A stretch of 64,000 nucleotides of DNA. It comes from Chrysomallon squamiferum (Eukaryota; Animalia; Mollusca). How positions within the stretch are numbered: position 1 is the first letter of the stretch; each line of letters opens with the position of its first letter. Made by a program: the position numbers and the translations under genes. The stretch lies in contig CM022667.1 in NCBI GenBank assembly GCA_012295275.1, positions 13,578,001 to 13,642,000 on the forward strand. The letters run 5' to 3'. Below are positions 13,898 through 29,632 of this stretch, in pieces. The notes below the pieces were generated by a model that made no database searches, was not told the DNA's origin, and was given only the letters and a program-made list of their open reading frames with translations.

Positions 13898-16096
13898 TTT
13901 GTATGAATAAATTTTAGTGAAGAAAACGACGAAGTGAACAGGTCGTAATAAATATCAATGTTTGAGCTTATCGTAAGTCAAAATCCCCAATCATCGATTT
14001 GCAGCTTTAACATTAAAGGTTGCTACGGTGTATTTAATTTTTAATGCACAACTGAAGGCTTAACATGTTTTACATCTATTTTGTTTTAATCAACAATCGT
14101 TAGTTTTTATATATATATATTGTCACGAGGCCCACACCATTAAACATCTCTTGGATATTTTATTAATGCTCAGTCTAGGGTAACAAGGTGCTTTAATGGC
14201 CACCTAACAAGGGAATGTAAAGGCTAAATTAACAACAGTCTATATAATCAATATTTAGCGGTCCACAAGATAAATAAACACAATTCGAGTTAAATATTTA
14301 ATTACAATATACAGATGACTTGATAATAATACAAACATAAGTGATACGAGTAAGGTCAGACGGGGAACCAAGACAAAATAAAAAAATGCACGGAGGACAG
14401 ATTAAACAATTAAAGTTTTAGTTATATTAAATGTTCCTAAAGGGTTTAATTGCACATTACCCTATCAAAATAAGAATAGACAATAGCTTACCATACTCGT
14501 CCGTAAAGACAATGTCATTCAAAAACATTTGTTTCCCTGCCTGACTGAGCTGCTTAATTACTGAAACTGAAACTGAAAAAAATTAACGTGCTAATCAGAG
14601 CAAGATGTTGTGAAGAACGTTCATAATTACCAAATGCCAGCGCTTTTACAACAACGCCATGGAGTTGAAAAAATGGCGTCAACAATAAAAAGCGTGGATC
14701 TGATTGTAGTTACAATTAGTTACGATTCTCGATATATATATGATATACCTCCAGATAATTTCTATCTAATTATATTTATAGATTTTTCATGCAAGGATTT
14801 TCCTGAATTATATAAAGTAAATTATAAGGTAACAGCGAATAATATATTTTTAACCAAATGCAATATATGTAATGTACTCACTTGTAATGTACTGCTCGCG
14901 AAAAAAACAAAAGACAAACCCCGGCGTTCTTCGTAGGAATCCACGGTTACCGTCGGTTATTGAGCAAATTTGTATTTGATTTTTTAACTTTGTCTTAGTG
15001 GCCGAGTGGTATCATCATACGTCCTCTATTTATTCAAGCTGAGTATTGTCAGAAACCAATGTGACTTTGCTGCATTGTCAGAGTCCAGTGTGTTGTTGTA
15101 TACTGTTCTGTATTACAACAAACAAATCTGTTAGTGTTGTAAATAAAACTAACAAAATCAGTACCCCGAATCAGTTTACAAATGATAACGACTACGATAA
15201 TAGTGGTGATGATTACAATAACGGTTATCATGATGGTTATGTCGAGGTTCATTAAATTAAAATAGTTGTCTCACAGTAAATTATTCATTTCGTGATCATC
15301 ATAACCATCATTTCGCTAACAGTATTTCAGGAAATAAAAATTAAGAACAGGAACGGTTGTAAACAAAAATCACAAGCAATGTTCAACATAATACAGGAAG
15401 AAGCTGATTATAGTTATGGATATTTGCAAATTTTGAACAATGGACTTTCGTCAAAACACTAATAATATAAAAATTATCAACAGCAACAACATAAAATATC
15501 GGAAACGGCAGTATCAAACAAAATTTTACTGCCCCGGTACTCAAATCTGAACCTAAAATTAATGCTTGTAAAACTGACGAAATACAAAGAATGGCGTGCT
15601 TTGTAGGAAGCGATTATTACGGTTACTGAGCAACATTTTTTTATGGTTATCTTGATGGCGGTGTGTATCGTCTTCCGCTCACTATTCATTCGTAAATACA
15701 TAGACACAGATATCTATACATACTGTGTTATTTTATCAGTATATTTTTATCAATTAGAAAATATCAACAAAACACATCGGAAATGTCTGATATATTAATT
15801 GGCTGTATAATTCCGTTCTTGTTAAAACTATGTCAAAAACCTGTTCTTAAAGAATTAAAAATATAATGCATGCGCTATTCCGAAACTCTGACTATAAAGT
15901 AAACATGAAAGTATAAAAAAGAAAAAAAAGTTTCACCTCATTTGGGAAGCTTAAAATAACTTTTAATATTTTATATAATTTCTTTTTTTCAGTGTTTTTT
16001 CTACAGAGCAGGTTATAGCAAAAGATTGAGAAAGCGTCTCATCTGAATTTAGTAACCAAATTTTGATGAATTATTATTATTATTATTATTATTATT

Positions 16097-16135
<39 letters not shown>

Positions 16136-18391
16136 GCTGCTGCTCTTGTCGATGTTTTCTTTTTATGTTTTTGTTATTGTTGTTGTTGTTTATTTGCATC
16201 CGTTCAAGTATTTGGTTTAGAAATCTAATATTGGAACACATTGATTTATTGATTTTGTACACATTTACACCCGTCTCTGAATGGTTAAAAATTAAATTCC
16301 CACTGTGAACTTTGAATAATAATGACTTGTTCTGTTGTTTATTAAAATACCAGGTACTACAAAAGAAAATTATATTTAGTAAGTATCAAAATTAATAAAA
16401 TGTTAGTGATGATCATCGTTATAATCACCTGTGCTTGTTTCACTTGCTGTCCATTTTGATGATTTTGTTTTAGATGATGTTCATTGTTATGGTGATGTTC
16501 CGTTTTGTACTCACATTTATTGAAGATCATTAAAAAACAAAAAAACTTAAAATTAAAAAATATACAAATCCTTTGCACTATATAACAGTTTTATTAACAG
16601 TTTTCATGTAATTATTTCGTTCCTATTGCAGAACACTAAACAAAAACGACAACAACAAACAAAAACGACAACAAACAACAACAACAACAACAACAAAAAA
16701 AAATGAAGAACAAACAAAAGAAAAAACAAAACAAGGATGGTAAAATAAAAATTCTATTAGAAATGTTCTCAGGAGTTATCAAGTCGATTTTCCGGATAAA
16801 AAATGAAACCTGTCTTCTAATGGGTTCTTTCTTCTACAACAATTACAGAAACAACAACGACCACAAGAACAACCATTGCTACTAATAGTAATAGTAATAC
16901 TGCTAGTAGTACCTATTTAAAGGAAACATCATATTTTCTTATGCAAGAATAAAAGTAAACACGAAAGAAAAATATCCCTTTCTGGATGATTAACAATAAC
17001 GACGAAAACGTGAACAGCCTGCAGATATTCAACTCCAGCAGCGTAAATTCGAGTAAATGTCAGAATCTTCACAGGCTGGAAAACACAACAGCAACGTCAA
17101 CGACAACAGCAACAATAACAAGAAAGCACACTAAACTAAATTAAATTGACATAAATAAAGCAGAACCGACAAACACGAAAAAGGAAATAAGAAAAGAAAA
17201 AAACAAACAAAAAACAGACAGACAGAGAGAAAAGTAAAACAGAAGAATAATAATTAAAAATAAAACGCCTCAAAAACAAATAAAGCGTGAAATAAAATAA
17301 AATAATAGAATCACATTTGACGCAACTGACTGCTGTGAGGCCAAATATCGGTTTACATTGATTCATTAATTTTGTATACATTTACACCTCTCTCTGAATG
17401 ATTAAATGTTGAATTGCATCTATGACCTTTAAGCACGAATGACTTGTTCTGTTGTTTGTTAAAATATGTATATTTATTACAGGTACCATATAAAGATATT
17501 TTGAGTCAGTATAGCATTAATAAAAAAGACTAGTCATGATCATTTGTATTGTCACAATGAAGCTGTTCCCATTGCAGTTGTTGCTAGTGTTGTCCCTGAT
17601 GTTGATGTTGTTTTGGTCGATGTCATTTGCTATCGTTAGTTATTGAATATTAGTTAGAATCAAATGGATATGAATGTAGTCTTCAAAAATTAAATTAAAT
17701 TTATTGGAGTGTGAAGGAAATCCCATTCTTTCAGTTTAATACAACGTTCTTGCTGAATTTAGTTTCTAAAAGTTTTTGTTTTTCTAGATTTGGTTATTAG
17801 GAACTCGTATTTGATACTCCATATCAGCCTAAGTTTAATGGAGTTTCATTTGTTTATATTAAGGTGAACGTACAGTTGTAAAGTAGAAAAGATAGCAGCT
17901 AAAATGAAAACCTTTCTTATCAAAGGAATCTGGGTATTGGCTGTCCTCTTGTGTTGTGAAACTGCAGAAAAGTATGTATAAACGTCCTGAGAGAGATTTT
18001 CTTGGAATTTTCCCATGTTTTATTCTTTTGACGCTACAGTAAATATAAAAATTGGGTAATCTATCAGAGCTATCTCTGGTTTAAAAAGTCACATAAAACT
18101 GTATAAAAACAATTGTCAAACTGGACTTATCAGTTAAAATAATACAGGCCGTCTCACGTTTGTCAGATCTACCAATTTTGTATTATTAAGCTCAATGTTG
18201 CAGTTTATATTGGCTCGTTTATATAGGAAGGTGTGAAATTTTTTATTTTTTTTTATTTCTTTCTGTTGTTTTCATTTTATAATAATAATAATAATAAGAA
18301 GAAGAAGAATAATAACGGGTGGGTGAATGGATGTATGTACGTACTTATGCATGTATGTATGTATATTTTACTAGATGTTTTATTATTGTAG

Positions 18392-18646
18392 GTGCAGCCC
18401 TCCATCTATCTGGATTAGAAATGTAAATTTTAACGATGTCGATGTAAACGATGGGCTCATAACTTCTCTAGCTGGATTTACAAGCGCAGGGTTTTGTGGA
18501 AAACGATATGCAGATAACTCTGTCTCAAATACAACTACTGCTACCATAAGAGCCGATACTATTACTACTTCTAATAAATAGGTTAGCTCCATCCTTATAA
18601 AATGTAATTTTCTATATTGAAAATAATAATAATGATGATCATGATC

Positions 18647-18713
<67 letters not shown>

Positions 18714-19336
18714 TCCAGTTAGTTGTTTAGAAGCAGGTTATTTATAATGAAGAAATCATTTAAAAAAAATTCTATAACACATGTGAAAGAAAGAAATTAA
18801 CTGTTTTATTCTCACAGGCTCATGTCCAGTAGAAGACGGGTTTGTGTACTTGGACGAACTGCATCTGTGTATGAAGGTTTCTGTTGAAAAGAAAACATTT
18901 TCTCAAGCACGTGACACCTGCAGGCAGATAGGTTCAAGATTGATTGTACTGGACTCAGAAGAGAAAAATACGGCTGTTGGTGACTACATCGTTGCATACA
19001 TAGGTAAATTCGTCTCCTTAATCATCATCACTATATATTATCGTGGTCAATGATGTTAGCATTATTCTCATCACTATCATAATCGTCATTATTATTATTA
19101 TTATTATTATTAACATAATCATCGTGATCCTCACTAAAATTCTTATTATTTACTAGAAGAAAACTACTAATACTGCTACATCCACCACCAGCCTCATCCC
19201 TACCACTGTTACTATTGATACTGCTACTACAACTACCGATACAACCACAACCACTGCTACTATTGCTAGTATAACTTTTAGTACTGCTAGTACTACCATA
19301 CCCGTCTCAATTTTATTTATTTATTTGTTTTATTTA

Positions 19337-19377
<41 letters not shown>

Positions 19378-19598
19378 TTAGCTACAGACAACTTTTACAT
19401 CGGTCTAACAGACGAGAAGGTTGAAAACACGTTTGTCTGGGAGAATGGTGAAGCGGTAAAGTTCACGAGCTGGAACGAAAATGAACCAAGTGATGGTTCA
19501 GAACTGAAGACTGCGTCATGTTAGTACCAACAGATAAAGTGTGGGGCGACGTGCAATGTTCTCGACGCGAAAAATACATTTGTGAAAAACTTGTGTGA
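18392..19598 (+). pseudogene. PAN-CTL subfamily A copy A2
   Basis: Exon 2 is truncated at ~18526 by a deletion that removes its donor, and has C>Y. Exon 3 (18818-19003) is open. Exon 4 (19382-19598) is 217 nt instead of 218, a 1-nt deletion just after EPSDG. Confidence 0.9.
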
Positions 19599-21804
19599 CG
19601 GTCACCAGAACAGACAAAAATGAAGGAATTTCAAAAAGATATCGATGAAAAAAACAAAAACAAAACAAAAAAACATGCACAAACACAACAAACATAAAAA
19701 GAACAATAGGAAAGAAATAAACACACGCAACATGTAAACGTGCTCATTCATTTCTTGTCTCAGTTTAACACGTAATGCTGTTATTGATCTCAACGTAAAG
19801 AAGATTCGATATTTGTGTTTCTATCGTGTAACAGACATAATATTTCAGAGAAATGCATCAACTAGAGTACAGTTACCACAGAGTAAACGCTGTAACAACA
19901 CCCGGAGTTATAGTTTAGTATATTAAGAAACAGTAAAATCTATACCATTATATTACTTACATATTGAGATAGCTTCTCCAGATGTAGTAAAACATTCATA
20001 TATTCATTTACTGCCTGTACACTGTGTTCCATCTTCTTGAGACTGGCAGTTTTCCCACGTTGCTTATATTGTTCTTATAATTACCTACAAATTTGAAAGG
20101 AACTATCTCAATTACCCATTTAGTCTAATAGCCTATTGTGATGTTCCCACTGGGTCTAATAATATTTTAATCCCTGCTGATTTTTTTTTTAGATCAATTG
20201 GGAAGACATATATATATATATATATATATATAGACTGTTAATTTGAAGGTTTTTTGAATGATGGAACAGAGTCCCGTGTTAAAACCTGGCTACGCTGTGC
20301 ACAAAATGATTGCGTCGGATGTTTTCACTTATTTTTGCGAATTCTCGTCAGACTCAAGCACTAATCAGTTCTGTGATTTTTTTTGCTTGTAAATGACTAA
20401 AGTAACAGCAAGTGTCACACACTGAAAGGTGTATAGAAAGTACCGCCTTAGTGTCCAGTAGTAATCTACAGTTTTAACTAATCAAAATCAATTGCTCATG
20501 ACATTTCTGTATAACCATTTTTTTTCTATTAATTTGTGTCTTTATTAATTCGAAATTATTTTGTTGTTATTGTTGTTATTATTAATAATTATTATTATCA
20601 TTATCATAATCATTGTTATTATTATTGAATATACCACCATTTAGTATTGTTGTTGCTGTTGTTATTATTAAACTAATTAGGCAATTTTTACTTCTGTGAA
20701 ATGTTGTAAGATTATTGTACTGTAAACAAATAACACTTCTTACTTAAGAAAAAAACAAAACAAAGCAAACAAGATAACCAAATCTAAGATCTGTCAATAT
20801 TTATGAATCAGAATAAAAAAAATATTCTAAAATTCATATCGACATCCATCGAACGAGTCTGTCTGTTGTTTACATTTCAGTGTTTAAAATCAAGGCCGAT
20901 CGATATAAAATTAGATACGGTAGATGATATTTTATTATTATCATTATTTTTCAATTACCCTTGAGAATATGAGTTTCCGTGTTAAATATTTTATTAGTAA
21001 ATGAACAGAGACAGATATTGATTTAAACAACAACTGTTTGCAATGCATTGTACATTGTTTTGGGTTAATATTGTTAAACTGCTTATTGATATTGTACATT
21101 TTTTTATTTTAATTTGAGCTGTACAGAACTCCTGGCATATTTATTGTACGTTTTGAAGTAGTTATGATTTATTTGTGCTTCTTTAAAATTGTTGTATCTC
21201 TAATATTATTATGGTTGTTGTTTTCTTTGTTACTGTTCTATTTGTTTTCTCCAATAAAGTTCGTTTTACGATTAATAGTATGGAAATGTTAAGGATAAAT
21301 CATGTTTTGTTCTTCTTCTTCCTAGGTATTACAATATTGATTGAGTCAAGCTCACAAAACATTAAATAAGTTTCATTTTTCCCAGAGGAACAAACCTTGT
21401 CGTCTGTGAATATTAAATAATATTTAGTCACTTTGGATGATTCATTCTCAAAACGTTATTATTTCAGCATGTCACACATCAGTTATTTTTCTGGATCTAT
21501 TGATTTTTTCCTTTAAATTTTCTGTCTTCTACTAAACCTTAGCTGCAACGGAATATATAACACGAGGTCATACATCTTTCCTTTGCCTAGTTAAATAAAA
21601 AAAAATTAAAAAAAATTCTGTCAGATCGAATGTCATCTCGATCAATAATATAACATTTTTATGTCTAAATCCTGAGTTTTGGGAGATGTCTACATTCAAA
21701 TTAGGAACTTAAATATTTATATACGACTACTACTGCATCTGCTTTACAGAAATATTACAACTATTCTACAACTTCAACCAATACCACAAGTGGTAATCGT
21801 AAAG

Positions 21805-21899
<95 letters not shown>

Positions 21900-21919
21900 T
21901 TATACCATAGCTGTTATTT

Positions 21920-22080
21920 GTCTGACCTCTGAAAAGATGGAAACAAAATTTGTTTTGGAGAATGGAGAAAACGTCGTTTTTCAAAAATCAGACAACAATG
22001 AATCCGATAACTACCTGGAAGATTGCGCGATATTAATGCCAGCAAGCAAAATGTGGCGTCAAAAACTATTGAGAAACTGA
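21920..22080 (+). pseudogene. Degenerate orphan CTL exon-4 remnant (F2)
   Basis: KMETKFVLENGENV..NESDNYLEDCAILMPASKMW in ORF 21679-22080. Confidence 0.75.
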
Positions 22081-22401
22081 CTTGATATTTGCTGAATAAA
22101 GAAAATTAAATAAATTATTTTATTTATTTATTTATATATTTGTTTGTTTGTTTTATCGATACATCTGTGCGATTTGAAAATGAGAAATGTAATTTTCATT
22201 ATCACCAACAGCTATCGAGTCATTTCTTGATTTTTATTTTATTTTATTTTATTTTATTTTTTTTTTTATGATACGTTTACTGATTCTGATCACTGAAATA
22301 TTTTTAAACAATCAAAATGACAGAAACAACAACAATAATAATATTAAGAAGAAGAAGAAGAACTGCAGCAAGAAAAGCAATAATGGCTATAGTAATTATA
22401 A

Positions 22402-22454
<53 letters not shown>

Positions 22455-23490
22455 GATGATTCTTTCCCAGAAGAATTAAAAGAAACTGAAGAACTTAAAA
22501 AAAGATATCTATATGAAAAGAAATAAATAAATAAATAATAATAAATAAATAATTGTATTAAATTTAAACAATCAGTTTAGCTATCACGTTAGCCATAATG
22601 ACTATTATGATCACGACAACGACAGCGATTACAAAAGTTAATGTAAAATAATTGCTATTAGAAAACTCACAACTGCATCTTCTTTAACAGCCATACGAAT
22701 CAATGAAAAAATGAGAACCAGTTTTGGTATACACTTGACTCTACAGTCAATTTTGATCAACTGCTCCTACTACTATATTATTAGAACACCTACTACTAAC
22801 ACTACTACAACAATAAAGATTCTCTTACATGAACTACCACTATTAGTATTACTACTACTACAACTACTACTACTATTACTACTACTAATACTATTACTAC
22901 TACAATTACAACCACTGAACTGCTACAACAACAATTTCTACTGCAATTACCATTACTACGACTGCTGCTACTAGTAGTATTCTTGTTATTTTATAATTAG
23001 TGCTGTTACAACAACGTCTACTACAGCAATACCAGCAAAATCAACTACTACTACAGCCATCATAACCAATACTACTACTAAAAATACTAACGCTATCAAA
23101 GAATCATAACCAGAATTACAACTTTTACAGTGAATTTGGTTAATGAAGATAAATTATTGTTCAATTAATGGACTCAAGAAATCACCCTAGTTTTCCGACT
23201 GATGACACATTTATGTGTTAAACATTAACCGCTTTAAGCAGTAACTTCAATAAAAATATCTTCCACCAGTTTCTATGGCTCTTTCATTTATCTAAAATTG
23301 ATAGCAGCTTAATTTTAGATGGGATCACCAAGAACTACAATAACAAAAACAACTACTATTTCTACTATTATGATTACTACTATAACTATTACTAGTACTA
23401 TAAAACTTCTAGTACAAATACTTTTACTACGTTGATGAATACTACAACTACTACTACTACTACTAGTACTACTACTACTACTACTACTAC

Positions 23491-23524
<34 letters not shown>

Positions 23525-23921
23525 ATCATCATCATCATCTTTATTATTTTATTACTACTGGTGCTGTACAAGGTCTACTACAGCAACGCCAAGAAAATCA
23601 ACTACTACTACGACCATCATAACCAGTACTACTACTACAAATACTATAGCTATCAAACAGTCATAACAAACTACTATTTTTACAGTAAATATGGTTAATG
23701 AAGATAAATTATATATATATATATATATAGGTTGCGCTTGATGATAAAAAAAAAAAAATAAAAATGTTAAACAGCCCGTAAAACATTAAAAATTAAATAC
23801 ACTATAGAACATTTGAACTTGATACAGCTTCAAATCGATCAGTGCTTGGTGACAGTTCTACTTAACTAGCTCAAAGACTGAAGTTTCTTACGACATATTC
23901 ACTGCAATTTATTTAGACAAA

Positions 23922-24058
23922 ATGCAAAACACTTTCGCCCAGTTTGTGCTGTTGTCAGCTGTCTTCGTGTGTTCTAAAACGGCAGACAGGTATGTGTAAA
24001 TTTTGTTTATGTTGAAACAGAATAATTGTGTGGATACATGCATCAGTCACGTGTGTGT

Positions 24059-24105
<47 letters not shown>

Positions 24106-24489
24106 ACGCCTCTTGATAGACAGATAGTTAGATAGAGATTACATAGATAGATAGATATGGGAAATGAATGGATGGATGGATAGAAGGATAGATAGATTGT
24201 TACACTGATACATAGACTGACGTCATCAGTTGAATTATATCTTAGTAAATGTCTATTTAATACAAGTAATGAAAATAGTTTTATTTTACTGTCATTGAAG
24301 CTGCATTGAAACAAGATGGATTTGGATTGAGAAAGAAAAATATGATTATTTCACTGTAGCTAACGCTACAATTTACGAAGCCACTGACGTCAAGACCATG
24401 ATGCACTGTGCCGCTGCCTGCACCAAGAATCCAGCATGTTTTTCGTTTGCCTACAACAACGGAAAATGTCGCCATTATTCTGTGACATT
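23922..24489 (+). pseudogene. Subfamily B copy B4: intact signal exon plus 3'-truncated PAN exon
   Basis: Exon 1 is 23922-23989 (MQNTFAQFVLLSAVFVCSKTAD, ag|gtatgt). Exon 2 starts at 24301 and breaks at ~24489 after CRHYSVT, so its donor is lost. Confidence 0.85.
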
Positions 24490-24721
24490 AGAAATTAACT
24501 TTTCATCATCTTATTTATATTTTATTTTACTGTTAACAGAAGTGTTGTTTGAGGTAGGCAAAACGAAGCAAATTATTTTAGATGGTGGTAGTGTAACCAA
24601 ACTGATTCAAACAAAAAGCTATTGTTATTACTATGCTTACAATCACAGGTGCAACAAGACAATAATATGGATGAAAAATCCTAATTTTGTAAATGCTGAG
24701 ATAAACTAGGCTCTCAAATAA

Positions 24722-24787
<66 letters not shown>

Positions 24788-24792
24788 CACAG

Positions 24793-25952
24793 GTGCAACA
24801 CAATAATGACATGGATAAAAAATCCTAATTTTGAAAATATTGAGATAACCAAGGCTCTCATATCTTCTGCTGAAAGAATTACATCACGAGGGCATTGTGG
24901 GATACGATGCGCAGATAACTCGTCCTGTGTTTGGTTTTCGTACAACGTGTATGGAACTTGTCGTCTGCATTATTTGAGATTTATGAATTCGAGCAGCTTT
25001 TCAGCTTCACCTGGCTGGACGCACTTTTACCTGAGTGCAGGTAGAAAATTACAGACACACGCACATACAGACAAATATTTTAAAAAATGTACTTAAAATC
25101 ATCAAAACACACACAGACAGTAATAATAATTTAAAAATATATATATTGTAAATATATTTGTAGGATAGAAAAGAAATTTCTAGAACTACTCTTTCAACAG
25201 AAATTAATCCATATATGACTTTACTATAAGTATTATTCTTAATTCTGAAAACAAATTATAATTTTAAAAACTTTTTAGAAATTATTATCATTTCCTGGCA
25301 GGTTCCTGTCCAGTGGAAGATGGGTTTGTTTATCTGGACAATCTGAATCTATGTTTCAAAGTAGTCAGCGATAAGAAAAATTTTACTGAAGCACGTGACG
25401 CCTGCAGTCAGATAGGTTCAAGACTGATTGTACTGGACACAGAAGAGAAAAACACAGCTGTCGGTGACTACATACAAGCAAACATAGGTAGGAATATATA
25501 CATACATATAACTACCACTGCTCATAGACAGTTAGTTAAAAAATAATTAAAAAGAAAGAAAAAAGAAAAAGAAGAAGAAAAAAACGTCTTCATCAGTACC
25601 TACCGTCTTCATCTGTGTGGTCTAGGTAAAATATGCATTAGCTTTATATTGTTTTCATTGTTGTTTTTGTTTTCATTGTTGTTGTTGTTATTGGTATTGT
25701 TATTATTACTATTATTTTTATTATTATTCAGACGCAGAGAACTATTTGTACATCGGACTGACTGACTTGGATACAGAAGACGTGTATGTTTGGGAGAACG
25801 GAGTTCAGGCAGTGTTTTTCAGCTGGGGAGTAAATCAACCTAACGTCGGTATTTCTAACGAAGACTGTGTTATGTTATATTTTCGGGTGAACACATGGCA
25901 TGATTTTGACTGTACTGTAAAAGGAAATTTCATTTGTGAGAAATCAATGTGA
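24793..25952 (+). CDS. PAN-CTL subfamily C copy C1 (exons 2-4 open; probably uses B4 exon 1)
   Basis: Exon 2 is 24793-25040, exon 3 is 25302-25487 and exon 4 is 25732-25952 (QPN, EDC, WHD, all Cys present). A partial duplicate of the exon-2 start with a TAG lies at ~24648-24720. Confidence 0.85.
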
Positions 25953-26962
25953 TTTTTCTGTAGTGTCAAAATATATATATCTGATTCTGTTACAAATGAA
26001 ACTGACAAAATCAGTTCATTCATTTTATCATTTTACTCTCTAATGAATCAGTAATTTATAAATTCTGACGATAATGCTGATTATTGTGTTAATCCTGATA
26101 TTCAGATGACGTTGATTAAACTATTGTAGTTGCCTGAAACAGAGTTATGCTTTCCTTCATCATGTTTTGCTCGCCTCACTGTCAATAGCATTTCATAAAT
26201 GAATCATTTAGAGCAGGAATCGCTGTAGTTCAAAAGCAACAATTAATTAATTAAATTTTAAATAGGTCTCCTCTACTAAAAGCATGTCAACAGAACGAAA
26301 GCAAGAAATTTAACTAAACTGCATGCAAAGCAGTCAGTTACTTCTTGTCAGTCTAAATGTAACCATGTCTTTAGTAGCGAATAATCTGAATTTGTTTCAG
26401 TCATTTTATAATTGAGTAATACATCTAATCAGGGAAAGTTACTCAGAATTGAAATAAATCTAATTAAACTTCTAGTAGGAAATAAGAATTATATAAAATG
26501 TATTTCTTAAACAGTCATCGGAGAACATTTTGGATTTCCGAGTTAAATTCATTTATGTATCGTCAGAGGTAACGAAAAAAAGTGCAACAACAAGAACAAT
26601 AACAGAAACAAGCAAAGCCTAAAGAAAATTAAATTAAAATAAATAAAGCAGAATCAACCAACATGAAAATAAATACAAACAAAGAAACAAAAAAAAAAAA
26701 AAAAAAAAAAAACCAACAATAACAAAGGAAATAAAACAAAAATGTAATAATTAAGAAATAAATCCTTTAAAAAAATAATAATAAAAATATAAATAAACAA
26801 ATTGTTCAGTGTTTCTGCTTTACTAAAAGCATGTTAATATAAACAAAGCAAGAAACGTAAGTAAATTCCTTGTAACGTAATAAAATTGACTCATACAAAC
26901 ACCCTCGGTTAAAAGAAAAGAATCTCACAACAATAATAGTAACAACAACAACAACGAGAACA

Positions 26963-26995
<33 letters not shown>

Positions 26996-28819
26996 ATAAT
27001 ATAAATAAATAACAACAAAACAAAACAAGGGCTACAAAATAAAAATTATATTAGAAATGTTCTCAGAAGTCCTCTAATGAGATCTTTCTTCTACAACAAT
27101 CATCACAACAGTACAAACAACAACAAGAACAACAACAACTACTACTACAACTGATAGCAATAGTACTAGTACTAATCATACATAGTTAAAGGAAAAATTA
27201 TATTTTCTTATACAAAAGTAAATATATATACAAAAAAAATAGTAAATTTCTGAATTTTCACTAGAAAGAAAACAGAAAAACAACAACAACAAACACGCCA
27301 AAAAAAAAAAAAAAAAGGTTTGTAGAGAGAACTAACAATAAAGGAAGTAAAACAGAAGAATAATAATTAAAAATAAAACTCCTCAAAAAGAACAAACAAA
27401 AACATGAAATAAAATAATAGAATCACAGTTGACTGCTGTCAAACCAAACATACCAAATATCGGTTTACATTGATTCATTGATTTTGTATACATTTACACC
27501 TGTCTCTGAATGATTAAAAATTAAATTTCAAGCATGAACTTTGAATAATTATGACTTGCTCTGTTGTTTATTAAAATATCTGTAGTTATAACAGTACCAT
27601 ATACTATATAAAAAATGTATTGAGTCAACATTATCATTGTCATGGCAAAGAAGCTGTTCTGTTGCAGTTGTTGCTTTTGTTGTCCCTGATGCTGATGTTC
27701 TTTTGGTCGATGTCATTTGCAATCCTGGGGATGTGTTTCGTACATTCATTTATTGATTATCAGTTACAATCAAATGGTCTTGAATGTAGTCATCAAAAAT
27801 TAAACTACATTTACTGGAGTATAAAGCACTTCAATTGGCATTTTAGTCATTACTTCTTCACCATTCTTTGAGTATAATACCACGTTGTATTTCAATTAAG
27901 TTTCTAAGAGTTTTGTTTATTTAGATATTATTAGGACTCATATTTGATACTGATAAGTTTCACGGAGTTTGTGATATATATTACGGTGAACTGCCAGTTA
28001 TAGAAAAGTTAGCAGCTAAAATGAAAATCTTTCTCATCGAAGGAATCTGGGTTTTGGCTGCCGTCTTATGTTGTAAAACTGCAGAAAGGTAGGTGTGAAT
28101 TTGCTGAGAGAGATTTTCTTGGAATTTTCCCATGTTTTATTCTTTTGACGCTACAGTAAGTATAAAAATTGGGTAATCTATCAGTGCTATCTCTGGTTTA
28201 AAAAGTCACATAAAACTGTATAAAAACAATGGTCAAAATGGACTTGTCCTGTAAACTAATACAGGCCGTCTTACGTTTCTCAGATCTTAATAGGTATTCT
28301 TCAAGATGCGTTTATAAATTAATAAGACTTTCTTGGAATTTTCCTCTGATTTCTTGCTTTGACTCCGCAATAAATAAAAAACAAATTGGGTAATCTTAAT
28401 GTACACATCTTCCATTTGCTACGATTTATTTTTGTTTCAATGCTAACTCTGATTTAAAAAGTCACCTAAAACTGTATGAAGAAAATTTCGCTTGAAAAAC
28501 TTTTTTGTTAAATCAATCAATTCTGTATTTTAATTTCACTGTGGCAGTGTACATTGGTTTGCTTATTTTAAATTTGGTAAGGCGGGAAATTCCTTGTTTT
28601 GTTCTTTCTTTCCTTCTTTTGTTTTTAATTTATTATTATTATCTTAGTTTATTTTTGAGAAAGGCTTTCGGCTACAAACAGCGTATTATTAACTTAGAGT
28701 AAAACACGTGTTGTTAAAATCAGAGTATCAATGTATGTTTTGATTCTAAAAATACATGTGCTTTTCGAAGTATATATATATATTTGCTTTCTTTCTTAGT
28801 AGATGTTTTATTATTGTAG

Positions 28820-29183
28820 ATGCAGCCCTCCATCTATCTGGATTAGAAATGTAAATTTTAACGATGTTGATGTAAACGATGGGCTCATAACTTCTCTAGC
28901 TGGATTTACAAGCGCAGAGTTTTGTGGGATACGATGTGCAGATAACTCTGTCTGTAAATCGTTTTCATACAATGTGAGTGGTGTTTGTCGACTCCATTCA
29001 GTGAGATTTTCAAATTACAACAGTTACTCTAAATCACCTGGCTGGAACTACTTCTACCTCAGTGCAGGTAACGTAGGTTTTATTAATTAATTAATTATTT
29101 CTTTGTTTCTTTCTTTCTGTCTGTCTATCTTTAAGAGTTTATGAACTTATTAGTTGCCTACATCTTTATCAAATGTAATTTTC

Positions 29184-29217
<34 letters not shown>

Positions 29218-29597
29218 CAATTAGTTGTTTAGAAGCATTTGTAATGAAGAAATCATTTTCAAATTTTCTATAAGACATTTTGATCGAAAGAAATTAACTG
29301 TTTCATTCTCACAGGTTCATGTCCAGTAGAAGACGGGTTTGTGTACTTGGACGAAGTGCATTTGTGTATGAAGGCTTTTTTGGATAAGAAAACATTTTCT
29401 CAAGCACGTTACGCCTGCAGTCAGACAGGTTCAAGACTGATTGTACTGGACACAGAAGAGAAAAATACGGCTGTTGGTGACTACATCGTTGCACACATAG
29501 GTAAATTCGTTTCCTTCATCATTATCATCATCACTATTATTATTATCGTCGACAATATCGCATGCATTGTTTTCATCACTATCATAATCATCATAAC

Positions 29598-29632
<35 letters not shown>

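Larger units (their letters stand above)
8056..24489. repeat. Left arm of ~16 kb inverted duplication (right arm ~33025-49110)
   Basis: Colinear reverse-complement anchors: 8056/~49110, 11815/44896, 13897/42839, 18392/39221, 22711/34739, 23922/33589. The match ends inside B4 exon 2 at ~24489. Confidence 0.92.
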
